Assembly (NCBI GenBank): GCA_003215545.1
Contig: QCKF01000002.1
Location: 14,276 to 78,275 of the forward strand
DNA: 64,000 bases
Direction: 5' to 3'
Source of the DNA: Prochlorococcus sp. AG-409-L14
Lineage (GTDB): Bacteria > Cyanobacteriota > Cyanobacteriia > PCC-6307 > Cyanobiaceae
This document shows, in pieces, positions 47,514 to 58,386 of the stretch. Numbering within the stretch: the first letter of the stretch is position 1; each line of letters opens with the position of its first letter. Both the position numbers and the translations under genes were made by a program. The notes beneath the pieces were generated by a model. It made no database searches. It was given only the letters and a program-made list of their open reading frames with translations, and was not told where the DNA came from.

Positions 47514-48659
47514 ATGCATAATGACTTACAAATTTATAATAATAAGATGCTCTATGATATTGCATCTATGTACATTAATAGTCAGCCAATAATATCAATT
47601 GAACAAATCTCTTCCGGTATTATAAATATTACCTATAAAGTAAACTTTACTAAGTCTGGAAAATCCGGAGCCTTTATTCTTCAACAAATTAATCAGTCAG
47701 CTTTCTCCTCTCCTCTTTCTTTAATAGAAAACCACCTCAAAATTCAATCATACTTTAAATCTAAGCGAAGAATAATTGCCAACAAAATTGAAGACCTGAA
47801 TTTAGAAATTCCAGAACTTATTCAAACAATTACCAAAAAATATTATTTCATAGATTCTAATAATATATTTTGGCGAGCTTTTAAATATATCCCATCAGCT
47901 TCTAGTTTTTCTCATGTTAGAACCAAATCTCAGGCTTTTCAAATAGGTAGAGGTTTAGGACTTTTTCATTATATATTCAAGGATTTTCCTAACGAATCAC
48001 TTGATAGTATTATACCAGAATTGCATAACATCTCAATATATCTAAATAAGTATGATCGTGTTTTATCTATTAATAAATATCCTTTTCTAGTAAATGACAA
48101 ATTAAAATATTTGCTTGATTGGTGCCTAAATTTTATTGATAGCTTCAGGTTAAAAATCCAAGCCTACCAAGAGCCTTTAATCAATTCTAAACTTATCTAT
48201 AGAACTATTCACGGAGATCCAAAGCAATCTAATATTATGTATAGTAATCATTCAAAAAAGGTTATAGCAATTGTTGATACTGATACAGTACAGAGAGGAT
48301 TACTCCATAATGATATTGGAGACTGTGTCAGATCAAGCTGTAATATCAGAGGAGAAGATACCATGAATTTCGAAGATGTTACTTTGGAATTTGAACTATG
48401 TGAACAACTTCTCAGGTCATACAAATATCATACACATGGTTTCCTTACAAGAAAAGAATGGGATTCATTCCCTCAATCTATATTGCTAATACCTTTTGAG
48501 TTGGGACTGAGATTTATAATTGATTATTTAGAAGGTAACATATATTTCAAAGTAACTAGTCAAGAACATAATCTTTTTCGCGCAATAGTTCAATTTAAGC
48601 TCGCTAAATATATTTATAAAAATTTTAGTAGACTATCTAATCTTGTCAAAGAATTATGA
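47514..48659 (+). CDS. APH-fold sugar kinase (N-acetylhexosamine-1-kinase / methylthioribose-kinase-like)
   Basis: Brenner-type catalytic loop HGDPKQSNIM and metal-binding VDTDTV, followed by NDIGD. This resembles the NahK HNDTKxNN...IDLDTV pattern. Only a 12-nt gap separates it from the upstream gene. Confidence 0.6.
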   Translation: MHNDLQIYNNKMLYDIASMYINSQPIISIEQISSGIINITYKVNFTKSGKSGAFILQQINQSAFSSPLSLIENHLKIQSYFKSKRRIIANKIEDLNLEIPELIQTITKKYYFIDSNNIFWRAFKYIPSASSFSHVRTKSQAFQIGRGLGLFHYIFKDFPNESLDSIIPELHNISIYLNKYDRVLSINKYPFLVNDKLKYLLDWCLNFIDSFRLKIQAYQEPLINSKLIYRTIHGDPKQSNIMYSNHSKKVIAIVDTDTVQRGLLHNDIGDCVRSSCNIRGEDTMNFEDVTLEFELCEQLLRSYKYHTHGFLTRKEWDSFPQSILLIPFELGLRFIIDYLEGNIYFKVTSQEHNLFRAIVQFKLAKYIYKNFSRLSNLVKEL

Positions 48660-48728
48660 TTTCATACCTACCCGAGCTAAGAATTTTATTTGGCTTGATA
48701 ATAGAACTACAATAATTATTGAGAAGCC

Positions 48729-49697
48729 ATGAAAATAGTATTTACACCTCATGCATATATTAGTTTGGCTATGATATTTTCTACTATATTGCCTATTCAA
48801 TCATCACATACTAATACTATATTAACCGAACAAGGTGAAAAGCTTCAATTTAGATTTGATGATACAACACAATTAACTTATTCAAGTAAAGGTAGGCATT
48901 ATCCAATTTTACCAAATAATAATGATGATTTAATTGATATCATTATCTATTTAGAGAATTTATTTTCTAAAGACATTGCTTTTGTTCACGACTTACCTCG
49001 CCTTGCCCATTATCAGCAAGTCATATATAGAGTTTTATCTAAGGATTCCCGAAGAACTTCTTTCGTTTTATCAAAATTACCAGAAAGATATCGCCGTATA
49101 GCTTCATTACATATTCAGGCACGAAAGTCGTTTCTATTAATGGAAAAGAAGTATGGAAAACCTTCCCTTATGCCTGCTTGGGAGATTGTTCCACCAGAAC
49201 CTATACATTTGCTACTTTCTTATTACTATCAGGCTGAGCAAGCCACAGGAATTGATTGGGAAATTCTTGCAGCTATAAATTTAGTTGAGACCGGGATGGG
49301 TCGTATTAAAGGACAATCTATCGCAAATGCTCAAGGTCCAATGCAGTTCTTACCTTCTACATGGTCAGAACCTGGAATAGGAAATAACGGGGATATCAAT
49401 GATCCAAATGATTCGATACAGGCAGCAGCTCGGTACTTAGTAAGGAGAGGAGGTCTTCTAGATATAAAAAAGGCTTTATGGGGCTACAACAATAATGATG
49501 AATACGTTAATGCCGTTCTTCTATATTCAGAGATCCTTAAGGAAAATCCATTAGCGTATAGGAGTCTATTTCATTGGGAAATACACTTTAGTGTTGAAGA
49601 GGCTGATCTTTGGTTGCCAGTTGGCTACAGTCAGAAAATCAAAATACCCATTTCGACCTATTTAACAGATTTCCCAGAAAGCTCACCACCTGAGTAA
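48729..49697 (+). CDS. secreted lytic transglycosylase-domain protein
   Basis: Signal-like N-terminus. SLT-type catalytic segment (LVETGMG with Glu) and GPMQFLPSTW. Confidence 0.6.
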   Translation: MKIVFTPHAYISLAMIFSTILPIQSSHTNTILTEQGEKLQFRFDDTTQLTYSSKGRHYPILPNNNDDLIDIIIYLENLFSKDIAFVHDLPRLAHYQQVIYRVLSKDSRRTSFVLSKLPERYRRIASLHIQARKSFLLMEKKYGKPSLMPAWEIVPPEPIHLLLSYYYQAEQATGIDWEILAAINLVETGMGRIKGQSIANAQGPMQFLPSTWSEPGIGNNGDINDPNDSIQAAARYLVRRGGLLDIKKALWGYNNNDEYVNAVLLYSEILKENPLAYRSLFHWEIHFSVEEADLWLPVGYSQKIKIPISTYLTDFPESSPPE

Positions 49698-49723
49698 TCT
49701 TTCTATAAATCACTAAAACTAGA

Positions 49724-51791
<2,068 letters not shown>

Positions 51792-51809
51792 AAGGGAGGG
51801 CATTTAAGA

Positions 51810-52703
51810 ATGGCACTGATTCTTCCTCGCAGTTATCACAAGATCTCAGCGGTGGAAAAGAATCATATTTCTTGGATTGAACCAGAGCTTGCTGAAAGGC
51901 AAGATATACGTCCATTGAGAATCGGCATACTAAATATTATGCCTCTAGGTAAGCAGTATGAGTTTAATTTGTTGCATCCTTTGGGACTCTCACCACTTCA
52001 AATTGAACCTATTTGGATTAGGCTGAAAAGTCATAGTTATAAAACTTGGGATATGAATCATCTAGATAAACTTTATGTATCTTGGGAGGAGGCAATGTCG
52101 CCAAACCCTCTTGATGGGCTAATAGTAACAGGTGCACCAGTAGAGCACTTGTCATTTGAATCTGTAAATTACTGGTTAGAATTTATTGAACTTATTAATG
52201 AAGCAAGGAATAGTTGCGCGAGTACTTTAGGTTTGTGTTGGGCAGGTTTTGCATTAGCTTATTTGGAAGGTGTAGATAAAAATGTTTTTGAGAAAAAACT
52301 TTTTGGTGTATTCCCATTACGTAGCCTTGTTCCAGGTCATCCACTAATGGGTACTCAAGATGATTGCTTTGTGTGTCCACAAAGTCGTTACGCCGGCTTA
52401 ATTGATTCTGAAATGGAGGCGGCTCAAAGGGAAGGGCGCTTGAGATTGTTAGCTTATGGTGAGAAAGTTGGATATACAATTTTTGAAACTACTGACCAAA
52501 GACAACTCATGCATCTTGGTCATCCTGAATACAATGCAGGTAGATTACTTTCTGAAATGGAGCGAGATAAAGCAAGAGGAGATGTACCCCCTCCAGAAAA
52601 TTTTGACTCAAATACACCTCAAACTTCATGGAGGTCTCATAGGAACCTATTGTTTCAACAATGGTTATGGTTTTGCTATCAACGAGTTAGCTTGAAAAAC
52701 TAA
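51810..52703 (+). CDS. metA: homoserine O-acyltransferase (MetA type)
   Basis: PLRIGILNIMP, GLIVTGAPVE, LGLCWAG (catalytic Cys) and GHPEY. Confidence 0.9.
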   Translation: MALILPRSYHKISAVEKNHISWIEPELAERQDIRPLRIGILNIMPLGKQYEFNLLHPLGLSPLQIEPIWIRLKSHSYKTWDMNHLDKLYVSWEEAMSPNPLDGLIVTGAPVEHLSFESVNYWLEFIELINEARNSCASTLGLCWAGFALAYLEGVDKNVFEKKLFGVFPLRSLVPGHPLMGTQDDCFVCPQSRYAGLIDSEMEAAQREGRLRLLAYGEKVGYTIFETTDQRQLMHLGHPEYNAGRLLSEMERDKARGDVPPPENFDSNTPQTSWRSHRNLLFQQWLWFCYQRVSLKN

Positions 52704-52745
52704 AGATCTAACAGCTAATAATATAGTTTAAATATTTTATATACA

Positions 52746-54392
52746 TTAAAGATTTATTCTCTGTTTTAACTTAATTAATAAACTTTCAACAGAAATATTT
52801 TCATTGTAATCAATCAGGAATTTTGATTCGTCATCTGAAATTGGATCTAGCCAACTTTTTTGTTGACTTCGAATAGTAAAATCAGCTTCTGAAGGGTCTA
52901 TACCTTTTTTGTTTCGATAGTCAATTCTTGATTTTGCAATTTTATCGTTACATTGACATCTGATAATAATAAAGTTCACTCCTAATTCATTCGCTAAATT
53001 TTTCATAACCCTACGCTCTACATTCCTTAGAAAGGTTGCATCTATAATTGTATTCAGAGAACTAAGGCAGCAGTTTCTTGTTATAGTTGGTATCCAATTG
53101 TGAAAGAGCAAGTTATTGCACTCTTCGCTATAAATATCAAACCCACTATTTAGGTTGCTAAATAGTGAGCTAGAATTACACAATGAATAAATCAATTGAT
53201 TTTGTATTGTATTGTTTTCTATTAATCTCTTCCTTTCAACATCAGACCTTATTCTTATGGCTAATATTTCTCTGGATATAATTTTGCTTATAAAAGACTT
53301 ACCACTTCCACTTAAACCATGCATGATAATAAGTGATGTTTGATTATTTTTTTCCAACGAGCTGGCATGGCTTATATACTTAAAAAGATTATGTTTTAGT
53401 TTTGCTTTGGCTATTGTCTGAGCACCTTTTTTTTTATTGATAAACGATTGGTTGATTTTAAGGATATTTGTTTTTGCTCTTACCATTGATCTATATGCGC
53501 TATACCACTTGAACATATCCATTGATATATAGTCTCCAGTTGTTTCTAACCAATAATTTAAGAAATCAATAGCCTCTTTTCTAAAGTCCTGAACTAGTAA
53601 ATCCACATATAGAAACGCCATTTCGCTAATTGGGTCTATCCATCTTAGTAAGGGGTTAAATTCAAGGGAATCAAAAGGTACTAAATCTAAATCGGAATTT
53701 ATAAATATATTGTCGCTATGTAGGTCTCCATGACACTCTCTTATACAGCCATATTGGCTTCTTTCTCTAAATCTACTTTCTATATGTGCTTTATTCTGAT
53801 TTATCCAATCTAAATGATTATCTAAGATACGATTAATATTTTCCCCAACATTTTGTTCTTTAATTGTATCTATATTTTCAATAGCTGGTATTGTAGGAGA
53901 ATAGCTTTCTAGAGAACAATTCATACTATTATTTTTAGTCTTTAAGCCATTTAAGTGGAACTTCCCAATCTCAATAGCAAATTCCTTAAATACTTTAGGG
54001 TTTAGCTTTTTGTTAGATAAACATATACTAAGTAAGTTAGAGTTATCAAATTGATTCATTACTACTGCTACTTCATGAATAGATTCCTTCTGATTAGAGA
54101 TATTTTGTACCCATTTTATTTTTGGGTCCTTTTTAGATCCTGTTATTACAGCGAGTCCTATGTAAAGTCCTTTTGATAACCTTTTATTTACTCTCAGCTC
54201 TTCTTTGCATAATGTTATTCTGTCATTTAGTGACTTTGCTTTGAAAATTTTAGTTTCTATTGATTTTTTTATTTTATACGCAAACTTTCCTGTTAGAATT
54301 ATATAAGATATATGCGTTTCAATTAATCTTATCTCAGTTACTTCATGTGGAAAGTTATTATTTGTCAATAACAAATTAATTAATTCTGACAT
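52746..54392 (-). CDS. bifunctional APH-like phosphotransferase / P-loop (AAA_33-type) kinase protein
   Basis: The N-terminal half has an APH catalytic loop (CHGDLHSDNIF). The C-terminal half has a Walker A motif (MHGLSGSGKSF). Confidence 0.65.
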   Translation of the reverse strand: MSELINLLLTNNNFPHEVTEIRLIETHISYIILTGKFAYKIKKSIETKIFKAKSLNDRITLCKEELRVNKRLSKGLYIGLAVITGSKKDPKIKWVQNISNQKESIHEVAVVMNQFDNSNLLSICLSNKKLNPKVFKEFAIEIGKFHLNGLKTKNNSMNCSLESYSPTIPAIENIDTIKEQNVGENINRILDNHLDWINQNKAHIESRFRERSQYGCIRECHGDLHSDNIFINSDLDLVPFDSLEFNPLLRWIDPISEMAFLYVDLLVQDFRKEAIDFLNYWLETTGDYISMDMFKWYSAYRSMVRAKTNILKINQSFINKKKGAQTIAKAKLKHNLFKYISHASSLEKNNQTSLIIMHGLSGSGKSFISKIISREILAIRIRSDVERKRLIENNTIQNQLIYSLCNSSSLFSNLNSGFDIYSEECNNLLFHNWIPTITRNCCLSSLNTIIDATFLRNVERRVMKNLANELGVNFIIIRCQCNDKIAKSRIDYRNKKGIDPSEADFTIRSQQKSWLDPISDDESKFLIDYNENISVESLLIKLKQRINL

Positions 54393-54494
54393 TTTACTTG
54401 TCTTGTCTTAGGCTCATTCTATAACCATGTACGTCTTAAAAAATACCTTCTATGCTAGTAACTATGTTTCCTTTTACCATTTTTAAGAATTTGT

Positions 54495-55079
54495 ATGCAA
54501 GATAATCTTTTGGATACCCCTTGGGTTATTAAAAAGGGCTGGATGAAAAAGGAAGCTACTAATTATTGGTCTAAAATGTTGCATCAGAAGCTTGAATGGC
54601 AGCAACCTTCTATAACTCTCTATGGAAGAGAACATCTTATTCCAAGGAAAACTGTTTTTTTATCTAATCCTTCAATTTCTTATAAATATAGTGGTCTTAT
54701 CCAAATAGGAACTGGCTGGCCTCATTGGTTTCTTCCTTTATTAAAAAAGATGAGAAATTATTGTGGCCAAGATTTTAATGGCTGTCTTCTAAATCTATAT
54801 TCTACAGGTCAAGATTCTATGGGTTGGCATAAGGATAATGAGCCTGAATTAGATCCTTTTGCGGATATAGCTTCTCTTTCTATTGGTGCTTCACGGGATT
54901 TCAAATTAAGGAATCTATGTAGCGGAGCTAAAACTACACTTTGCTTAGCTAACGGAGATCTCCTTATAATGAAAGCTCCTTGTCAGGAAAATTGGCAACA
55001 CTCATTACCTAAGCGTAAAAATGTCAAAGATCTGCGAATAAATTTAACCTTTAGATGTTATTTAAAGTCATTTGACTAA
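54495..55079 (+). CDS. alkB: Fe(II)/2-oxoglutarate-dependent dioxygenase AlkB
   Basis: NLYSTGQDSMGWHKDNE (HxD), WQHSLP (distal His) and RINLTFR. Confidence 0.8.
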   Translation: MQDNLLDTPWVIKKGWMKKEATNYWSKMLHQKLEWQQPSITLYGREHLIPRKTVFLSNPSISYKYSGLIQIGTGWPHWFLPLLKKMRNYCGQDFNGCLLNLYSTGQDSMGWHKDNEPELDPFADIASLSIGASRDFKLRNLCSGAKTTLCLANGDLLIMKAPCQENWQHSLPKRKNVKDLRINLTFRCYLKSFD

Positions 55080-55169
55080 TATATTAAATTAGATATTTCA
55101 AAGGGATATGTTAAGTACCGCTCTAGGATGTTAAATAATAATGTCTTTAATCCAATCTTTATTTATTAC

Positions 55170-55469
55170 TCAATTTTCCTGCTCATTTGAAGTAGCTTCA
55201 GCTGCTTTCTTTGCCTCAGCAGCAGCAGCAGCAGCAGCTTTAGCCTCTGCAGCTGCTTTAGCCTTCTGAGCCTTGGCATCTGCTGCGGCCTTGGCATCTG
55301 CTGCGGCCTTGGCCTCAGCAGCAGCTTTCTCTTTGGCAGCTTGTTCAATCATGTACTTTCTGCTGCTACGCCTATCAATTAGCCAAAGCAAGACAATCAG
55401 GATAGGTATATGAGCCAGTCCCCCTAAAAGAACAGTTGTTTCGCTGTAACCCATTCTTGTAACTAGCAA
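55170..55469 (-). CDS. N-terminally membrane-anchored Ala/Lys/Glu-repeat protein
   Basis: TM helix (LLGGLAHIPILIVLLWLI) followed by AAKEKAAAEAKAAADAKAAADAKAQKAKAAAEAKAAAAAAAEAKKAAE. The start may be the internal MGYSE. Confidence 0.55.
   Translation of the reverse strand: MLVTRMGYSETTVLLGGLAHIPILIVLLWLIDRRSSRKYMIEQAAKEKAAAEAKAAADAKAAADAKAQKAKAAAEAKAAAAAAAEAKKAAEATSNEQEN
55217..55314. repeat. coding-region tandem repeats: (CAG)7 tract plus two perfect 18-nt units
   Basis: (CAG)7 at 55217-55237. The unit ccttggcatctgctgcgg occurs at 55271-55288 and 55289-55306, with a partial third copy. Confidence 0.85.
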
Positions 55470-55628
55470 CTAGCTTGAGTATACATTGGATCACCTTTCT
55501 GTATTTAAGTTACTTGACAATCTTCTTTTAACTCAATGTCTTTGATACTAGGTCTTTTTACGTATATACCGATACGTTTCGTTCTTGAGGTCTCTCCTTT
55601 TATCCACTAAGCCCTCCTATCAGTTCAA

Positions 55629-56381
55629 TTACATAACCTGATTAAGAAAGCGTCTACTTCTTTCTTCTTGTGCATTGTTAAAAAATGAATCAGGTGCTGA
55701 TATTTCTACCACCCTTCCTTCATCCATGAAAAGAACCCTGTCGGCAACCTCCTTTGCAAAATTAATTTCGTGAGTAACCACAATCATGGTCATCCCTCTT
55801 CCAGCAAGCTTTCTCATCTCATCAAGTACCTCTTTGACACGCTCAGGGTCTAGGGCGCTGGTTGGCTCATCAAAAAGCATGATTTCTGGATTTAAAGCCA
55901 ATGCCCTTGCAATGGCAACGCGTTGTTTTTGACCACCACTTAGTTGATTTGGGTACTTTTCTGCTTGTTCTTCTATACCCATTTGTGCAAGGAGTCTTGT
56001 GGCTAGTAGCTCAGCCTGCTTAATTGATTTTTTCTGTACTTTAATAGGAGCAAGAGTTATATTTTCTAAGATTGACAAGTGAGGAAAAAGATTGAATTGT
56101 TGAAAAACCATACCTACTCTCCTCCGTATTCTTCTTATATTGTTCTCATTAATGTCTTTATTTAGTTTAATTCCAAGGACGTCGATTTCTCCACTATCTA
56201 TACTTTCTAATCCATTAAATGTCCTTATAAGTGTACTTTTTCCAGAACCTGAAGGCCCCATTACAACAAGCACTTCACCCCTTTCTACTGTTACAGAGAC
56301 ATCGTTTAATGCACGAAGACCTTTGCCAAAATCTTTTATTATATTAGAAGCTGTTATGGCTGGGGTCATTTTATTTTGCAT
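55629..56381 (-). CDS. polar amino-acid ABC transporter ATP-binding protein (GlnQ/BgtA type)
   Basis: Walker A GPSGSGKST, signature LSGGQKQR, Walker B MLFDEPTSALD and an H-loop VTHE. Confidence 0.9.
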   Translation of the reverse strand: MQNKMTPAITASNIIKDFGKGLRALNDVSVTVERGEVLVVMGPSGSGKSTLIRTFNGLESIDSGEIDVLGIKLNKDINENNIRRIRRRVGMVFQQFNLFPHLSILENITLAPIKVQKKSIKQAELLATRLLAQMGIEEQAEKYPNQLSGGQKQRVAIARALALNPEIMLFDEPTSALDPERVKEVLDEMRKLAGRGMTMIVVTHEINFAKEVADRVLFMDEGRVVEISAPDSFFNNAQEERSRRFLNQVM

Positions 56382-57438
56382 TTAAATTTGTCGGTTGCAT
56401 TTTTTGCTCAATAGAACGGGCTATTAGAGCAATACAAGTGCAAGCTAACCAATAGATTAAACCAAGCCATACATAAACTTCTAAGTATTTTCCTATAAAG
56501 GCAGGATTTGCCAATAGGCTTCTGCTAATGCCAAGTAATTCAACCAAGCCAAGAATCGCCATTAAACTCGTATTTTGTAATAACCCTATCGCTTGATTAG
56601 TTAATGCTGGAATAGCTGTTTTTAATGCTTGAGGTAATAATATAAGAATATTAGTTTGACTTTTATCAAGACCTAGTACTACAGCAGCTTCTTTTTGTGT
56701 CGTTGGAATTGATTGCATACCTCCTCGAATATCTTCGGCTATATATGCTGCTGTGAATATAGCGAAGGCTATTACAGCTCTGATTATTCTATTTATCTCG
56801 AAATCCATAGGTAGGAACAATGGAATTAGTAGTTGACCAAAAAAAAGTACAGTTATTAATGGTAGTCCTCTTATTATATCTATATATATTCTCGAAATTT
56901 TATTAATAGCAGGCATCTCACTTTGCCTACCAAGTGCAAGAAGGATACCAATTGGGAATGCTATTAAACCACTACTAAGTGTAAGCAGCAATGTTAAGAT
57001 GAATCCTCCCCAATACATAGAGGCGACAGGCTCTAGTATGAGACCACCTGCTAGAAGGAAGATCCCTATTGGAACTATTAGAATCCACGCTAATATTAGA
57101 GAATTATATATTTGCGATTTTCTATTAGAAAATATTGAAAGTAATGAAGTAATTATAATTAATAGTATCCAGAGAATTGGTCTCCATAAATATAATTGTG
57201 GAAAGCTTCCAAAAGCATAAAGTCTAATGTTACCTGTCACTACATTCCATTCAGCATGAAATAGTATCCAATTAAAAAAATTGATAAGTGAGACAAGAAA
57301 TATAGCTAGAATGCTAATACTTAGAATTGCTTCTAGAGGACGATGTTGTCGCTTCTTTGTTATTGGTATTTGTCTTGATATATTTAATACTAACTTATTT
57401 AAGTGGCTATATTTGTAAAAGGAGGTTAATCTCTTCAT
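56371..57438 (-). CDS. amino-acid ABC transporter permease (AapM/BztC/NatH-like)
   Basis: HisM-family permease with the EAA-type loop AAYIAEDIRGGMQSIPTTQKEAA. Confidence 0.85.
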   Translation of the reverse strand: MKRLTSFYKYSHLNKLVLNISRQIPITKKRQHRPLEAILSISILAIFLVSLINFFNWILFHAEWNVVTGNIRLYAFGSFPQLYLWRPILWILLIIITSLLSIFSNRKSQIYNSLILAWILIVPIGIFLLAGGLILEPVASMYWGGFILTLLLTLSSGLIAFPIGILLALGRQSEMPAINKISRIYIDIIRGLPLITVLFFGQLLIPLFLPMDFEINRIIRAVIAFAIFTAAYIAEDIRGGMQSIPTTQKEAAVVLGLDKSQTNILILLPQALKTAIPALTNQAIGLLQNTSLMAILGLVELLGISRSLLANPAFIGKYLEVYVWLGLIYWLACTCIALIARSIEQKMQPTNLNAK

Positions 57439-57485
57439 ATTTCTAAGATTTTTTATGAATTAGTTACATGAGATATATTATTATA

Positions 57486-58385
57486 TCATGATCTATTGAC
57501 AGTTTCTAGGATCCTCTTGTTAACCATCTCCATAGCTCTACTTATTACTAAGTTAAGAATTAAAAAGCTTATTAATAGTAAGAGGAATCCCTCGATTGCT
57601 CGTCCAGTTTGCGTTATGGTAGTGTCACTTACTGCATAGATATCAGCATAGCCAATAGCAATTGCTAATGTACTATTTTTTGCAAGGTTAAGGTATTGGC
57701 TTGTTAATCCTGGCAATATGGCAGGCAAGGCTTGAGGGAATATTATTCTAGCCAATCCTATTTTTTCTGGTAGACCCAAGCTTCTATATGCTTCCCATTG
57801 CCCTTTGTCTACTGACGTGAATCCACCTCTAATAATCTCAGCAATGGAAGCCGCTGTGTATATACTTAGCCCAATTAAAAGGGCTGAAAACTCTACACTT
57901 AACTTTACACCTAATAAAAATAATCCTTGATTAGAAATTTGTATTAATCCGCCTAGATAACCCAGCGGAATGTCAGATAGACTCAAAAAAGCAACAAAAT
58001 ACCAGAAAAAGAGTTGAAGTAATAGTGGGATCTGTCGTATAAATGTAACATAAGAACTTGAGAATATGTAAATAAGTCTGTTACGACTAATTCTCCCCAT
58101 GCCAATGAGAGTCCCTATAAATGTAGCTAATATTAGGCTACTTAATACAACTTTCATACTATTTAGCCAGCCAATGCATAATGCCCATAGGTACGTATTA
58201 GATGGATTGAAAGGTAAAACAGATTCCGAAAGAGCAAAACCAGCTGGTTGCAATAACCATTTAAAACTAAGTCCAATTTGAGTCCTTAATATATTCACGA
58301 TTAAATTATTTAATAATACTAAAAATATTGATACCAATACTATAAATACAATAAATTGCAGGAGTATTCTTTTGTTTAGTTTCAT
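57486..58385 (-). CDS. amino-acid ABC transporter permease (AapQ/BztB/NatG-like)
   Basis: EAA-type loop AASIAEIIRGGFTSVDKGQWEA. The start is set at MKLNKR (ATG at 58385), which abuts the upstream stop at 58387. Confidence 0.85.
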   Translation of the reverse strand: MKLNKRILLQFIVFIVLVSIFLVLLNNLIVNILRTQIGLSFKWLLQPAGFALSESVLPFNPSNTYLWALCIGWLNSMKVVLSSLILATFIGTLIGMGRISRNRLIYIFSSSYVTFIRQIPLLLQLFFWYFVAFLSLSDIPLGYLGGLIQISNQGLFLLGVKLSVEFSALLIGLSIYTAASIAEIIRGGFTSVDKGQWEAYRSLGLPEKIGLARIIFPQALPAILPGLTSQYLNLAKNSTLAIAIGYADIYAVSDTTITQTGRAIEGFLLLLISFLILNLVISRAMEMVNKRILETVNRS

Positions 58386-58386
58386 T

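Noticed and set aside
55166-55348. 60-aa ORF (MNKLPKRKLLLRPRPQQMPRPQQMPRLRR...) within the repeat region.
   Set aside because: It is an alternative frame of the tandem 18-nt and CAG repeats. The frame with a TM anchor and an AEK-repeat (55170..55469) is more protein-like.
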